DNA of 64,000 bases from Candidatus Latescibacterota bacterium (GTDB lineage Bacteria > Latescibacterota > UBA2968 > UBA8231), in contig OZ253462.1 in the NCBI GenBank assembly GCA_965261395.1, positions 139,439 to 203,438 on the forward strand, given 5' to 3'. Under the pieces are notes generated by a model. It had not been told where the DNA came from. It saw only the letters and a list, made by a program, of their open reading frames with translations, and ran no database searches. The position numbers and the translations under genes were made by a program. Shown here one piece after another: positions 1 through 8,800 of the stretch. Each line of letters opens with the position of its first letter. Position 1 is the first letter of the stretch.

Positions 1-2162
1 CGGATCGACGTCTGAGTCGCGCTCACACTAGCGACCATAGTCGTGGGTGCCGGTGCCGCATCAACCTCAATCTTGATAGGCAATGCCACGGCGGCACCAT
101 CGGTATCAAGCACCGTGTAGGTGATAGTGGTTACCTCTGTGACCGCCGTCGGCGTACCCGAAATCATCTGCGTAGCCGCGTCAAATAACAGGCCAGCAGG
201 CAGGGCCGAGACGCTGTACAACTTATCGTCATCGGTACCACCCATAGCAGCAGGCAGTTCCAAAGGATCAATCGCCTTGCCAGCAACATAAGTCCAGACC
301 GTGGCCCCCAGATCAACATCAGATTCAAAGGCCAGTGCGCCCGGATCGGCAGGCTCTGTCCCAGCCGGAGCATCTTTCAGCGTTATCGCTACCGCTTTAG
401 CGTTGACTGCCACCCCATCTTCATTCTTCGTGGGGCTTGCCAACTGCGTCACGAAGAGCTTCGCATCCCCACCTTTCAAAGCGGTGATGGAGATCGACGT
501 CGAACCACTTATCTTACCAGCCGAAATTGTCAGAGAACGAAGGACTGCGTCAAAGTCTATATCGCGCTGCGCGTTTGCTGTACCAGCCACGTTTGCTGCA
601 GTAGCATCAAATACAGTCGTTTTGGCAGCAAGGACCAAGACCACGGTCACATCCTCCTCAAACCTCTTGCCGTTTATGGTTCCAGTGACCATGATCTCCT
701 CACTCGTGCCCGCCGTTACCTCATCTGTATCCACTTCCAGCATTATCATATCGGTCGGCGTCTCGTCGTCGGAGATCGTTATTGTTCCTTTCGTAGAGGG
801 TGCTCCGGTGACGGTAGCCACCACTACGAAGCTTTTATTTACATTCGGCCCATCGTTGTCGAGGACGGTAAGCGTGAGGGTCGCCGTCCCCTCTTTCGAG
901 CCTGCGGGAATTGTGAGAGCACTGAACCCCGCTCTGTAATCCACATCGCGCTTGGCCGCTTCGTCCTCCATTGGGTCCTCGATCGTAAACGACACCTGCG
1001 CGGACTCCGACAACTCGTTTTTCAACGTAACGACCAAGTCAATCACCACCTCACCAGCGTCCTCGCGTACTGAGGGAAGAGACGGCTTCACCCCGTCAGG
1101 AGCTGCCTTTTTGGTGGCATCTATGAGGATGGGATCCCCAGAGGTAACCGTAAGTGCAATTCGACGGTTACGTGTCGCGCCTATTTTTACACCGTTAACC
1201 GCCGTGTCAAGATAGTCACCATCTCGGTTATAGTCGACCAGACCAGGTACACCAGCTATTACTGGTGCGGTTTCATTCAGGGCATCCCGGATGGTTAAGT
1301 CCTCATTTGCAGCCCCATCCGTGGCCATGATTACGTATGCAACGATCCCGTACACCTGGACACCCGTCGCAGCCTCACCCTCAGCCATGTTCATGTCCGT
1401 CGTCGTCAGCGCTATACCACCAGCCTTTTTGTTCAAGGGCGTGATCTCAATCTTCGCCGTTCCCGACGGGTCGCCTTTTCGGATTACTATTGGGACCCCG
1501 TCCCCTTTCCAATCCCGATCGCGTACCGCTCTATCCTCATCCGGGGGGTTTGCAGGATCAAAGAGCAAGGCAAACCTCAAGTTCTCTTTCAGCGTCGCTC
1601 CATCCAAGGTCGCTGTCACGGTGACAGCAGTCCGATCACCATCTTGGTTTATCATGGCCCCACCATACGTGAGCTCAATACCCTCGCTTACCCCATCGTC
1701 ATCGACCAGCGTAATCATCGCGTCGGTGTTAGTGATGGTGTAACCGTTGACGCCGGCGGTAAGTGTGTCAGGAAGAGTGGATTCAATCGTGATCACCAGA
1801 TCATCACCGTCGTCGTCCATATTCTGGATGGGAGTTAGGGTGATCGTCAGCTTCGCCTCCTCCGTATCCTTCGGGATTATGATAGTGGGCAAATCCATAT
1901 AGAAGCGACTATTGAGCGCACCGAGCGCATCATCATCAAGAGTCAAGCCCACATACGTAGGATTATCCGGATCCTTAGTAGCGCGTTTGGCTGTAACGAC
2001 TATCTCGGTGGCACCGCCATCTTCGCGCACCTTCATCTTGTCCACCGATAAGGTGATCCGTGTCTGTGCCTGCGCTTCCCCGGCCCAACCCAGCACCAAA
2101 CCAAACGCCAGCAACCAAGGCACGTAGGCCAAGCGCCGGATTAACAACTTCGTGTGTATCAT
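1..2162 (-). CDS. secreted Calx-beta / cadherin-like (He_PIG-type) repeat protein; its 3' end runs off the window
   Basis: My own minus-strand translation from ATG 2162-2160 reads MIHTKLLIRRLAYVPWLLAFGLVLGWAGEAQAQTRITLSVDKMKVREDGGATEIVVTAKRA (signal peptide, then repeat module). In-frame checks further down give SKEGTATLTLTVLDNDGPNV (899-840) and GTDDDKLYSVSALPAGLLFDAATQMISGTPTAVTEVTTIT (239-120). There is no stop in the segments I checked, down to nt 3. It is absent from the ORF track because it has no in-window stop. The + ORFs 301-1743 are its mirror frames. Confidence 0.75.
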   Translation of the reverse strand, partial: MIHTKLLIRRLAYVPWLLAFGLVLGWAGEAQAQTRITLSVDKMKVREDGGATEIVVTAKRATKDPDNPTYVGLTLDDDALGALNSRFYMDLPTIIIPKDTEEAKLTITLTPIQNMDDDGDDLVITIESTLPDTLTAGVNGYTITNTDAMITLVDDDGVSEGIELTYGGAMINQDGDRTAVTVTATLDGATLKENLRFALLFDPANPPDEDRAVRDRDWKGDGVPIVIRKGDPSGTAKIEITPLNKKAGGIALTTTDMNMAEGEAATGVQVYGIVAYVIMATDGAANEDLTIRDALNETAPVIAGVPGLVDYNRDGDYLDTAVNGVKIGATRNRRIALTVTSGDPILIDATKKAAPDGVKPSLPSVREDAGEVVIDLVVTLKNELSESAQVSFTIEDPMEDEAAKRDVDYRAGFSALTIPAGSKEGTATLTLTVLDNDGPNVNKSFVVVATVTGAPSTKGTITISDDETPTDMIMLEVDTDEVTAGTSEEIMVTGTINGKRFEEDVTVVLVLAAKTTVFDATAANVAGTANAQRDIDFDAVLRSLTISAGKISGSTSISITALKGGDAKLFVTQLASPTKNEDGVAVNAKAVAITLKDAPAGTEPADPGALAFESDVDLGATVWTYVAGKAIDPLELPAAMGGTDDDKLYSVSALPAGLLFDAATQMISGTPTAVTEVTTITYTVLDTDGAAVALPIKIEVDAAPAPTTMVASVSATQTSI

Positions 2163-2562
2163 TACTCAACCTCCCCAGGGAAAACGTCCCTGATTAAGAA
2201 AGTGATATAAGAAGAAGATGGATTTGCTCTAAACCCACTTAGATGTTGCATTCGTGCATTTTTCATAAGCCCCCTTTCGCGGCTTTTCCGTTCACAATGC
2301 ATAGCGCATTATCCTATATAATAGAGTTAATTATACCGAGAAAAAATAGAAGTGTCAAGAATTAATTACCCTTAAAAACCTTGGCCAAAACGCCTTATCC
2401 CCCCTGTGCCATCCCCTATTTTCCACGGCGCGGCCAACGCCAAACCACCCAGCCCGCCAAAATCGGGCGCTAGTTCGCTCCTTTTTTCGCGTGACAAAGT
2501 CTTTAGTATAGGCCGATAACCCCGCCTGTCAAGGCCATTATCGATGAAAGGTTTCCCGCCCA

Positions 2563-3069
2563 TCACTCCTCCGGCTCGTACGATTCAGCCGACTCGGCCA
2601 CGCGGTCGCCCGCATCCGCGCGCTCCACTCGATAAGAAAGCCCTGCCCGAATCGTCTCCAGCATCCCATTCATCCGCGCCTGTTCCTGCTCCAACCGCCC
2701 CAACCGCTCGGAAAGCCCATCCATCTTATGGTCCTGACGCACCGCCAGCCCATCTATCCTCTCGTCCTGACGCACCGCCAGCCCATCTATCCTCTCGTCC
2801 TGACGCACCGCCAGCCCATCTATCCTCTCGTCCATCCGCACCAACAGCCCATCTATCCTCTCGTCCATCCGCACCAACAGCGCATCCATCTTATCGTCCA
2901 TCCGCGCCGAGAGCCCATCTATCCTCTTGTCCAACCGGTCTGAAAGCGCCCGCATATCGGCGCGAATACCCCGCGTCGTAGCCAGTATTAACCCCGCCAA
3001 CGCGATGCTGACGCTCGCCAAAGCGATACCAACGCCTATAACAGTCCAATTTATCGCACCACTATCCAT
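2563..3069 (-). CDS. small membrane-anchored coiled-coil protein with 11-residue (hendecad) repeats
   Basis: The internal ATG at 3069 of ORF 2563..3336 gives MDSGAINWTVIGVGIALASVSIALAGLILATT (N-terminal TM helix). It is followed by DxRIDGLxxRxD units such as ERIDGLAVRQD x3. The longer ORF start would overlap the upstream gene, which ends at 3126. Confidence 0.6.
   Translation of the reverse strand: MDSGAINWTVIGVGIALASVSIALAGLILATTRGIRADMRALSDRLDKRIDGLSARMDDKMDALLVRMDERIDGLLVRMDERIDGLAVRQDERIDGLAVRQDERIDGLAVRQDHKMDGLSERLGRLEQEQARMNGMLETIRAGLSYRVERADAGDRVAESAESYEPEE
2731..2928. repeat. 33-bp in-frame tandem repeat (about 6 units, the first 3 identical)
   Basis: The unit gtcctgacgcaccgccagcccatctatcctctc occurs at 2731-2763, 2764-2796 and 2797-2829. 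Degenerate units gtccatccgcaccaacag... continue to about 2928. Confidence 0.9.
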
Positions 3070-3125
3070 AGCAGACGCCCCTTCAAGGCCATCGTCGGCT
3101 AATATCACGCACCCCCATCCCTTTG

Positions 3126-5567
3126 TCAACCATCCCGCCGCCGCTGCCGCCACGCCCCCACCCCCACGCCCACCACCACCACCAACCCCAGCAAAGCCGC
3201 CACCCGCGCCCCAACCAACACCGGCGAAAAATAGCGCAACTCCACCTCGTGCTCCCCCCCCGGCAACGCCACCCCCTTCCATATATAGTTCACCCGCAGC
3301 AGCTCGGCCTCCTCCCCATCCACCCACACCGACCAATTCGATTGGTAATTCTCCGACACCACCAGCACGCGCGGCCCCCCGCTGTGCGTCCGCAGGCGAA
3401 TCAACCCGTCCTTTGGATCGTACGCCAGCCGCTCCACCCGGTCGCCGGCCCGCTCCCCCGCGCCATCGAGCCGCACCGCCGGCGCACTCTCCAACAACGC
3501 CAGCCGCTGCGGATCCACCCGCCCACTCAACAGCCGCGCCAACACCGCCTCGCCACTATCCAACACCTCGGCTTGCGGTACCAAGTAAAACCACGGCAAC
3601 GCCTGCGGATTTTCGTACAGCCGAAAGCGCGCCCCCTCAAAGCGCCGCGGATACGCCGCCAAATTCAATTCTAGCGGTTTAGGCACCGCCAAATACTTCC
3701 CATTGAGCAAATTCAACAACGACTGAAACCCAGCCGACGGCGCACCCGTGCGCAGAAACTGCTGCACCAGCGGCTCAAACTCCTTCAGCATCCGGTCGTA
3801 GCGCCCCACCGTCAAATCGTGAAAGCCCGTGATGGACCAAACGCCGTGCAAGTGATAGCCCGGCTCCTCCAGCACCCGAAAACTCGGCAAAGGCAAGACG
3901 CGAAACAGCGACTCATCGCTTTGCAAAAACTGCACCGCGCGCAGATTCTCGCGGCGAATATCCGTGTACCGGCCTGGATCCCGATAGCTCAAATAAACCC
4001 GATCAACGCGCCACGTATCGAACAGCGTCACCACACACAAGCCCGCCACCAACACCGTCGCCGAAAGCTGGCCCCCCAGCCGCAAATAGAGCAACGCCAA
4101 CCCCGCACCCAAAGCCACCACCACACACCAACCGCCGCGCGCAATCCAATCGTAGCTCCCAGCCAACACCGCCCGCTTCTGCGGCGCAATATCTTCGTAC
4201 AACAAATTCACCCACGCATCGGTCGCCCCCTTGGGAAACAGCGCGACCAGCAGGGCGAACGCGGCGAGAATACCGCCGACATAGGCCAAGCGACTCCGCA
4301 ACAACGCCCGCTCATCCGCGTCCGCATCCAACACCCGCTGCAACCCCAACCCGGCCAGCGCACACCCGGCAAACGCAAACACAAACGACCCCATGCCAAT
4401 GGCCCGCTGCACATCCGCCCCAAGCAGCAAGTGAAACGCCAGCCAGTGCACGGGCGTGTGCTCGCCCAGCACGTAGGCCAACGCCAGCACAAACACGCCC
4501 CCCAGCAGCGCCACTTGCGGCCGCCGCCTACACTCCGGCACCATCAGCAAAGCCAACAGCACGGCGAGCGCGCCAAAGTACTCGGAATTAATCTTAAACG
4601 CATTGCGTCCCCAATAGCGCGAGCCACCCTCTACCAGCACGTCGTCATACCCACCGAACTCCGGCACCACCAGCGACGCCACTTCCTCGGGATGCAGCGA
4701 CCAGCTCTGCGCATACGCGAGCTGTTCCTCCGCGGTCTTGCCGCCCACCTCGTCGCCCGTGGCCCGCTTGGACTCGGCGCGGGTGTAGAGCATCACCGGA
4801 AAAGCCCCCTCGGCTCCCAAGGCCAACCCCAGCACCACCGCGCCGATAAAATGCACCACGCGCCGGATCACGGCTCGCTCGCGGCGCATCTGGTACAGCT
4901 TAAATAGGAAATAGACGCCCAGACCCAGCAGCGCGAAGTACGTCATCGGCGGATGGGAATAGATGCACGCGCCAATCAGCGCGCCGAGAGCCGCCCAATA
5001 GATCAGCCGCCCCTGCGCCAGAGCCTTTTCCAACGCCCAGATAATCCACGGGAACAGGGCGATGACGCCCATCTTGGCATAGTGGCCAGCCAAGGGGAAC
5101 GCCAAAAAGGTCGGCGCGGACATGAACGCTACTCCGCCCCACAGCGCGGCGCGACCGCCCACGTGGATTTGGCGCAAGTACGCGTACATACCGAGGCCAG
5201 CGGCGAACATCGTCAGGATATAGCGCCAGCCGATATACCGCTGAAAGGTCGTAAAAAAATACAAGACGTAGGCCGGGAAGTATTGGGGACGAATGGCCTC
5301 GGACTGGGGGAAGCCGCCCATCTTGGGATCCCACATCGGCTGCGCCACCGTCTGCACCTTGTCCCAAAAGCTCAGGGCCGTGCCCTTGTGGTAGTCCGTG
5401 CCCACGTCCATGCCAAAGACGATCTTGTCCGACAGGGGAAATTCGTAGAAGTACAGCAGGCTCAGGGCGAGGAAAAAGACCGGCGGGAACAAGCGGTGAT
5501 TCCACAGGGGCGACCCAGCGGCCTTTGCCGGGGCTTGGGTTTTGGCGCGTTTGTTCTTTTTGACCAT
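3126..5567 (-). CDS. YfhO-like polytopic membrane protein (putative GT-C type glycosyltransferase)
   Basis: 813-835 aa with many hydrophobic segments. The C-terminal soluble tail VVSENYQSNWSVWVDGEEAELLRVNYIWKGVALPGGEHEVELRYFSP resembles the YfhO family as I remember it. I prefer the start MVKKNKRAKT at 5567; the ORF is open to 5633. Confidence 0.55.
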   Translation of the reverse strand: MVKKNKRAKTQAPAKAAGSPLWNHRLFPPVFFLALSLLYFYEFPLSDKIVFGMDVGTDYHKGTALSFWDKVQTVAQPMWDPKMGGFPQSEAIRPQYFPAYVLYFFTTFQRYIGWRYILTMFAAGLGMYAYLRQIHVGGRAALWGGVAFMSAPTFLAFPLAGHYAKMGVIALFPWIIWALEKALAQGRLIYWAALGALIGACIYSHPPMTYFALLGLGVYFLFKLYQMRRERAVIRRVVHFIGAVVLGLALGAEGAFPVMLYTRAESKRATGDEVGGKTAEEQLAYAQSWSLHPEEVASLVVPEFGGYDDVLVEGGSRYWGRNAFKINSEYFGALAVLLALLMVPECRRRPQVALLGGVFVLALAYVLGEHTPVHWLAFHLLLGADVQRAIGMGSFVFAFAGCALAGLGLQRVLDADADERALLRSRLAYVGGILAAFALLVALFPKGATDAWVNLLYEDIAPQKRAVLAGSYDWIARGGWCVVVALGAGLALLYLRLGGQLSATVLVAGLCVVTLFDTWRVDRVYLSYRDPGRYTDIRRENLRAVQFLQSDESLFRVLPLPSFRVLEEPGYHLHGVWSITGFHDLTVGRYDRMLKEFEPLVQQFLRTGAPSAGFQSLLNLLNGKYLAVPKPLELNLAAYPRRFEGARFRLYENPQALPWFYLVPQAEVLDSGEAVLARLLSGRVDPQRLALLESAPAVRLDGAGERAGDRVERLAYDPKDGLIRLRTHSGGPRVLVVSENYQSNWSVWVDGEEAELLRVNYIWKGVALPGGEHEVELRYFSPVLVGARVAALLGLVVVVGVGVGAWRQRRRDG

Positions 5568-5643
5568 GAACGATCTCCGTGGGGCAACCAGCAGTGGGTC
5601 CCTTAATACACGACCGTAATCCAATGGACGCATCGAGATACAA

Positions 5644-5724
5644 GATGCTTCGACTCCGCTTTGCTGCGCTCAGCATGACAGCATGGGACGTCAACACCTG
5701 TCATGCTGAGCGCAGCGAAGCATC
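5644..5724. repeat. long imperfect palindrome (REP-like hairpin) between GT4 and the YfhO-like gene
   Basis: The left arm is gatgcttcg[actccgcttt]gctgcgctcagcatgaca (5644-5680). The right arm is tgtcatgctgagcgcagcgaagcatc (5699-5724). They pair over 17 bp plus 9 bp, with an 18-nt loop. Confidence 0.7.
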
Positions 5725-5763
5725 TCATACCACTCCACTGTCCTGTACTTAGGGTCCGTCCTA

Positions 5764-6885
5764 TTACCGTCCCCGTTTCATTTCCTCAACAGTCCGCAAA
5801 TACACCTCCTCCAAATCCTCCGCCAACCGATCCCAACCAAACCGCCTCGCCCACGCACGGCCCGCCGCCCCCAAGGCCCGCCGCCTTGGGTCGTCAACAA
5901 TCAGCGCTCGCATCCCAGCCGCCAAGGCATTCACATCGCCGGAGGGCACCAACACTCCGGTCTCGTCGTGGCGCACGGCATCGCGCAGGCCGTCGATGTT
6001 AGTCCCCAACACAGCCTTGCCAGCGGCGGCAGCTTCTACGGCCACCATGCACCAGCCCTCGTAGCGAGACGGGGAGCAGACCATGAGGGCGCGGCGCAAG
6101 AGTTCGCCTTTTTCCTCCTCTTCCACGCTCCCTATGATTTCCATCCGGCCTTCCAATCCCGCCCGCCGCGCCAAGCTCCGCACGCTAGCGAGTTGCTTAG
6201 GGGTGCCGCGTCCAGCCAGCTTGAGGCGGATATCCGGATGCTCGGGGGCCATCTGGGCAAACGCGGCGATCAATAGGTCAATCCCCTTGGTGTGTATATC
6301 CATGCGACCAAAGTAGAGCAGATACGGGGCTTCCTCGGGGACCAGCGCGAAAAAACGGCGATCAACGCCGCTATACACTATATCAACCTCCGCGTCACGC
6401 GCGCGCCGCTGAATGCGCGCTTGCACGCTAGGGGCAATCGTCAAAATCCGGCCATAGGCGCGCAGGGCGCGTTGCTCGCACAGCCACGCCACACCGCCCA
6501 CCAGCGGATGCTTGACGAGGGCGTGCCGCCCCATGAAGTGATAAAACAGGAGCAAACCCTGCCGCCGCAGCGCGGCCGGGACGCGCAAGGGCGCGAAGGC
6601 CGAAAACTCATTGATCCACAAATCCCACTCCAGCCGCTGCAACTCGGCTACGGCCGCGCGGCAATAGCCCACACGGCTCAAGGCATAGCTGCGGGCCGAG
6701 CCAACGCGTAGCAGGCGCAGCCCGTGCCGTTCGGTCTCTGGCTCGGCTCCGGGGAAAAGGCCGCTAACCACGGTGATCTCATGGCGGCTGGACAGGCGGC
6801 GGTAGAGCTCCATCGCTCGCACTGCGCCGCCGCCGCCTAACCACGGGTTGGCAATATCATCGTACATCAGGTGGCAGATCTTCAT
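5764..6885 (-). CDS. glycosyltransferase family 4 (retaining GT-B)
   Basis: 373 aa. The N-terminus is MKICHLMYDDIANPWLGGGGAVRAMEL. The EX7E motif is EGWCMVAVEAAAAG. Confidence 0.85.
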   Translation of the reverse strand: MKICHLMYDDIANPWLGGGGAVRAMELYRRLSSRHEITVVSGLFPGAEPETERHGLRLLRVGSARSYALSRVGYCRAAVAELQRLEWDLWINEFSAFAPLRVPAALRRQGLLLFYHFMGRHALVKHPLVGGVAWLCEQRALRAYGRILTIAPSVQARIQRRARDAEVDIVYSGVDRRFFALVPEEAPYLLYFGRMDIHTKGIDLLIAAFAQMAPEHPDIRLKLAGRGTPKQLASVRSLARRAGLEGRMEIIGSVEEEEKGELLRRALMVCSPSRYEGWCMVAVEAAAAGKAVLGTNIDGLRDAVRHDETGVLVPSGDVNALAAGMRALIVDDPRRRALGAAGRAWARRFGWDRLAEDLEEVYLRTVEEMKRGR

Positions 6886-6902
6886 GGGCGAGTGCCCGCG
6901 TC

Positions 6903-7499
6903 TCAGAGCACACCCTTGGTCGAAGGAATGCCCTGGACCCGCTCGTTCCGCTGCGCAGCCATCAGCAGGGCGCGGGCGAATGCCTTGAACAGGGCCTCAA
7001 TACCGTGGTGGGCATTGTGTCCGCGCACGAGGTCGAGGTGCAGATTCATCCGGCCTTGATCGGCCACGGCGTAGAAAAACTCGCGCACCAAGGACACATC
7101 TAGCGCGCCGACCCGCTCCTCATTGAAGGCCGCGGCAAAAACCAGATAGGCTCGGCCCGACAAATCCACCACCGCCCGCGCCAGCGCTTCGTCCATGGGC
7201 ACGTAGCTGTGACCGTAGCGTTGGATGCCAGCTTTGTCGCCCAAGGCTTGGCCGATGGCTTGGCCGAGGCAGATCCCTACGTCTTCCACGGTGTGGTGGG
7301 CATCCACGTGCAGGTCTCCTCGGCATTGGACTTCTAGATCGCACAGACCGTGCCGGGCCAAGGCGTGAAGCATGTGATCGAAAAAGCCGAGGCCAGTGTC
7401 AACGCGGCACTGGCCGCTGCCGTCGAGGCCTAGCTGCAACTCGATCTCGGTCTCGGTCGTCTGGCGCACAATCCGCGCCGTGCGTTGCTCTGCGCTCAT
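6903..7499 (-). CDS. hisB: imidazoleglycerol-phosphate dehydratase
   Basis: 198 aa with RQTTETEIELQL, GLGFFDHMLHALARHG, DAHHTVEDVGI and HNAHHGIEALFKAFARAL. The ATGA overlap with the hisD stop lies at 7496-7499. Confidence 0.95.
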   Translation of the reverse strand: MSAEQRTARIVRQTTETEIELQLGLDGSGQCRVDTGLGFFDHMLHALARHGLCDLEVQCRGDLHVDAHHTVEDVGICLGQAIGQALGDKAGIQRYGHSYVPMDEALARAVVDLSGRAYLVFAAAFNEERVGALDVSLVREFFYAVADQGRMNLHLDLVRGHNAHHGIEALFKAFARALLMAAQRNERVQGIPSTKGVL

Positions 7500-8800
7500 G
7501 GTGCGGTCCCCTGTTGGCGAATGCGGACGGCTTGCGCGTGGGCCTCAAGGCCCTCGGCCTGCGCCATGCGGGCGATGTGCTCAGCCGTGTCGGCCAACCG
7601 CTCGGGGGTGTAGGCGATGATGCTCGTCGTCTTGACGAAATCGGCCCACCCCAACGACGAGGCGTAGCGGGCCGCGCCCTGAGTCGGCAGCACGTGGTTG
7701 GTGCCGGCAAAGTAATCGCCGACCGGCTCGGTGGCCGCTGCGCCGAGGAACAGCGCGCCGCAGTGGCGAATGGAATCCACCCAGCGCCACGGGTCGGCCA
7801 CCTGCAATTCGGCGTGTTCCGGCGCTAGGCGGTTGAGCAGCTCGATCCCCACGGCGAGGCTAGGAACCACGACAATCGCGCCGTATTCTGCTAGGGCCCT
7901 ATCTATAATTGAATGGCGCGGCAGCGCCGCTCGCTGCACTTCGAGTTCCGCCTGCACGCGGCGCGCCAAGGCCGCGCAATCCGTAATGCACACGGACGCC
8001 ACCCCCCAGCCGTGCTCGGCTTGCGCGAGCAAATCCGCGGCCACCAAGCGCGGATCAGCCGCCGCGTCGGCGAGCACCACGATTTCCGATGGACCGGGCA
8101 ACAGCGCGATGCCCACGGTGCCGAAGACCTGCCGCTGCGCGGCCACCGTATAGGGGGAACCCGGGCCGACGATCTTGTGTACCGGCGGGATGCTCTCCGT
8201 GCCATAAGCCAGCGCCCCCACCGCCTGCGCCCCGCCCACGGCGTACACCTCGTCAATGCCCAACAAGCGCGCAGCCGCCGCAATTACTGGGGCTGGCCGA
8301 CCGGCCGCCACCGGCGGCGTGACCACGCAGAGCTGGTCCACGCCAGCCACCTGCGCGGGCACGGCCGTCATCAGCAGGCTCGAAAACAGCGGCACCTCGC
8401 CAGCCGGGACACACAGCCCCACCCGCTCGATGGGCGTGATTTTCTTACCCAGCACCACCCCGTCGCCATCTTCGACAAACCAAGAGTTGAGTTTTTGCCG
8501 CTCGTGGAAGGCGCGGATATTGGCTACCGCCGCCTCCATAGAAGCACGCAGGCGCGGATCGAGCGCGGCCTCGGCCTCGGCGAGTACAGACGCCGACACC
8601 CGCAACTGCCCGGGGCATATCTCCACGCCATCGAAGCGCTGCGTCAGCGCGCACAACGCGGCATCACCTTCTTCCCGCACCTGCCGCAGAATGTCCCGCA
8701 CCGCATCCTCGACCTCGGAATCGGACTCGGGACGACGCGCCAACAGCGCGGCCAGCGGGGCGGCCAGCGGCTCGGCGGGATAGGACGCAATGGGCACCAT
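7496..8800 (-). CDS. hisD: histidinol dehydrogenase
   Basis: Start MVPIASYPAEP at 8800 gives 434 aa. Sequence includes ...RFDGV..., SPYTVAAQRQVFGTVGIALLPGPSEIVVLAD, LLAQAEHG and GDYFAGTNHVLPT. ORF 7496..9466 is an artefactual upstream extension through hisG. Confidence 0.93.
   Translation of the reverse strand: MVPIASYPAEPLAAPLAALLARRPESDSEVEDAVRDILRQVREEGDAALCALTQRFDGVEICPGQLRVSASVLAEAEAALDPRLRASMEAAVANIRAFHERQKLNSWFVEDGDGVVLGKKITPIERVGLCVPAGEVPLFSSLLMTAVPAQVAGVDQLCVVTPPVAAGRPAPVIAAAARLLGIDEVYAVGGAQAVGALAYGTESIPPVHKIVGPGSPYTVAAQRQVFGTVGIALLPGPSEIVVLADAAADPRLVAADLLAQAEHGWGVASVCITDCAALARRVQAELEVQRAALPRHSIIDRALAEYGAIVVVPSLAVGIELLNRLAPEHAELQVADPWRWVDSIRHCGALFLGAAATEPVGDYFAGTNHVLPTQGAARYASSLGWADFVKTTSIIAYTPERLADTAEHIARMAQAEGLEAHAQAVRIRQQGTAP

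Noticed and set aside
2731-2928. Regular 33-bp repeats that could be mistaken for a CRISPR array
   Set aside because: The units are contiguous with no spacers. They are in frame inside a coding sequence and translate to an 11-residue protein repeat.
2544-3682. Pro/Ala/His-rich + strand ORFs (2544..2981, 2927..3682, 3123..3674) resembling extensin-like proteins
   Set aside because: They are mirror frames of the repeat gene and of the YfhO-like C-terminus. Their periodicity derives from the 33-bp repeat.
3819-4907. Long + strand ORF (362 aa) antisense to the YfhO-like gene. The same pattern applies to 7913..9418, 17237..18184, 21562..22344, 29624..30904, 32618..33322, 49830..50873, 58764..59462 and 60104..60739.
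   Set aside because: These are Arg/Pro/His- or Gly/Val/Asp-rich low-complexity translations, typical of shadow frames in high-GC genes. Each overlaps a gene with clear family motifs on the other strand.
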